From assembly GCF_964204645.1 (NCBI RefSeq), contig NC_134028.1, positions 23,990,345 to 24,054,344 of the forward strand: a stretch of 64,000 bases of DNA, given 5' to 3'. Positions 61,201 through 64,000 of this stretch are shown here, piece by piece. This DNA comes from Tubulanus polymorphus. Its lineage: Eukaryota; Animalia; Nemertea. Within the stretch, counting starts at the first letter, position 1, and each line of letters opens with the position of its first letter. The notes below the pieces were generated by a model, which ran no database searches, was not told where the DNA came from, and was given only the letters and a program-made list of their open reading frames with translations. The position numbers and the translations under genes are program-made.

Positions 61201-64000
61201 CCAACCCCTCTTCGCTGACATCAAACTAAACTTGAAAATATTCCGAAATTCGCCATTGTACCCGAAGGATTGTTTCGGAAGTTTCGCAAGACTCCGAAAA
61301 GCAAATGGTCTTCGGGAGAGTTCCTGTAAGAAATACACCCTGGTGATTTTGAACAAATATTACATAATAAGAACTATATACTTTATATATATTTATATAT
61401 ATTACGTATTAACTTTTATGCTCTTTCACGCATTCATTCACATTAGCTTACATTTTATTTAAACACAACACACGTTTTTAAACTTACAGAGAAACACGTA
61501 ATTCATACAATAATAATATTATTTCATTTAAACTACAATCCGTTGCAATACTGATTGAAATAACATTTGAAAGATGCGTTAGAAAAAATCCGTTTTTTTT
61601 AATTATCAATTATCTTAATTAAATATTTATTCATCGTTGAGACATCATGCTACCCAAATATTCATCAATATTAATAATATTCTGAGGTCACGAAGTTTCG
61701 CTGGAAGCACTTTTCATAAAAAGATAGCTTGCCGCAGTAAGACTCGCCATAGTACACGCAGATTACGAGAAAACTCTCAAATATATAATTGGCATCACAA
61801 CCTAGCTAGCGACGCGCTGTTTTGGTTCATCCGATTGTTTGGTTATGCACAATCAGTTTAGGCATGAAAATATCCCGCATCAGTTCCATGAAGGTGTCCA
61901 CATATCATCTTAAATGTCAGTTAAAAATAAAACAATACCTTATCAGTAGTTAAGATGAAAGCATCCATTACGAAAATGAAGCTAACAATTACCATTCTCA
62001 AATTCTCAAATAATCGAGGAGATATATAACTAACTATGAAACGATTGTTGAATAGATTTACCGTCATTTTGTCATGATAAACTTTCATCCGATTTTTCGA
62101 TAATTCGACTAAAAAATTGCACGAGTAATCAATAAGACCAATTACAGTAATTAAAGTTAAACAAAAAAATAATAATTTCTCTGGTACTCTCTGCCATCTA
62201 TACCAATCAATTAATTATACGTGATAATAATATCTATAATAATAATAATAATGATAATTATAATCGATATTTCTTACGCATTGCACATGTCAACGTATAT
62301 TCACATACATAAAGCACCGTGTTCGCGAAATCTGTTATAGAAATGACATCAGTTCATATAAAAAAGAGCTCTTCATTTGGGCTGCTATACGGTACTCTCC
62401 ATCGAGAGTCCCTGATTTTTACCGATATAACTACTACGGTAGGTGCGTACGACAAACTTCGCGTAATAAAGAGGCAAGTTGACCCGTAAAGCAATTTTCA
62501 GGGCGAGACGAGACTAGACTAGAAAGAGTTCAGAGACAGATTCATGAAAAAAAAAGAGACGGCAGCAGTGAAGTGATGAATTACAAGATCTAGACAGATT
62601 TACCTGTTGACTAGTTAGATATATATGTATTTGTATTTACACTACATAAATGAGGCAGATATTTAGAAGTTTTGATTGTAGTATATTGCTTGCATTCGAT
62701 CTCGGGATCGAGTTGACAGCGCATGGTTCAGCGAGATATGATTTAGAAGTAATAATGCCTGTAAGGGTCAACTTGCTTCCGCAACGTCGTCTCGTTTTTC
62801 TAACACATTTTCTAAAGAGAAATTTTGATTCAGTTTTACAGAGATTTCTCCGGAAAAGGCACCAACTGAGATTCGTTAGAAGACACTTTTACGGAAACCT
62901 TCGCGGCTAAATTTAAGAGCACATATCGATCAATCCTAGAGATTCTGACATCAGTATCCTTCGCAAAAAACCCAGAATACCGTCTAAACATTTCCGAAAA
63001 GAACGCTGATAAATTGGAAAATATACAAAATAGATTAGTGTCTTTTGCTCGCAATTGCACAACACTTCAAGTTTGATGACAAATAAAAGTGACAAGCAAT
63101 TTTTGCACACTTTTATTTCAACATAATGGCAAGAATAACGCACGGCTTCGAACGAAGTAACTGGTAAAAGGACACGAGGATGATTTTCCTTTTTATCGTC
63201 CAAAATTCACAAATAAAGGTGGGTTAATAAAAGTATATCGCAGTATGAGCATTTAAAGAATTGAAATGAGAGGGCAAATGTTGTGCAATGACGAGCTCAT
63301 TTTTTATGCGGTCGCTCTTTTTCTAACCAGAGCGTCCCAGCGCAGAACGTCATTCGTTTCGATGTTGCGCAAAGTTCATCGTAACTATAATGAGAATTAA
63401 CTGAAAACCACCGGTTCCGACACTTCGGTCCGGTTATCGTTGAAACGATGCACCTACGTTCCCGGGCTTCATATTCCGTATAAAAATACACACGAATCGG
63501 AAATGTCGCAGAATTCAACTAAATCATCGCGAGCCGCGTCTGGTCTCTCGTCCTACAACCCGGCAGTGTTCGTAGACGACTTCAAACTATAAAGACGTCG
63601 CACTTTTCAACTTGTTTTATCGAAGAGACAGTGTCTCCGTTATCACAACACACATTCGTAAGCCCGACTCTTTCGCTCTCTCTCTAATTAGAGAATATGG
63701 TGGGCTGTTTTTTTTTTCTATTGGCGGCTTGGAACCAGTCAGTCAGTCAGTCAGTGTGTATGTGTGTAAAATGAAGAGTTTTTATGTTTGTCATGCGCTG
63801 CAGTCATTCGACTTGGCCAATACTGTCGGAGATGATGACATGCGATGCGTGGTATAATCATCAGTACGGGGCGAATCTTTGATAACCACCTCGATAAACC
63901 GTCGGCTGAAATGATATAATATCTAACGTTACGAACGCCGCACGTGATGATGATGAAAGTATATCGTAATAGATCGCGTGAAAGTATTACTCTTTCACAC
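58250..64000 (-). other. Probable long 3' UTR of a minus-strand gene whose CDS lies beyond the window
   Basis: No credible ORF or exon; U-rich on the minus strand, with texture like the UNK and DDX5/17 3' UTRs; minus-strand AATAAA near 58263 and 58697. Confidence 0.4.

Overview
Eukaryotic, AT-rich, short-intron metazoan DNA (probably a marine invertebrate; this is an inference). It is not prokaryotic and contains no CRISPR array or rRNA. Positions 1-43 kb are a dense block of spliced housekeeping genes: ZDHHC6 (-, runs off the left edge), NUBP2 (+), TOP3A (-), UQCC4/CCSMST1-like (+), histone H3.3 (-), unkempt UNK (-), intronless EXOSC5 (-), DDX5/DDX17 (+) and an intronless GT31 beta-1,3-galactosyltransferase-like gene (+). 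Many MITE-like foldbacks sit in the introns. Positions 43-58 kb are accessory DNA: an RTE-LINE remnant, duplicated exon-like segments, several minisatellites and a 5.2 kb higher-order array. Positions 58-64 kb look like the long 3' UTR of a minus-strand gene outside the window. Best leads: (1) the 52.6-57.8 kb array, where ~70-nt monomers carrying Pol III A/B-box-like motifs alternate with 10 long hairpins; (2) two Penelope-type insertions, each with target-site duplications and an intact minimal hammerhead ribozyme core; (3) a multi-layer splicing-control system in DDX5/17 (a cassette exon duplicating the helicase GG motif, two stop-rich candidate poison exons and a structured 3' splice site in the conserved motif-V intron, and two alternative C-termini); (4) a 21-nt VNTR that amplifies an UNK splice acceptor in frame; (5) a UQCC4-H3.3-UNK neighbourhood echoing human 16p13.3/17q25. 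All gene calls are by-eye recognition; no searches were run.
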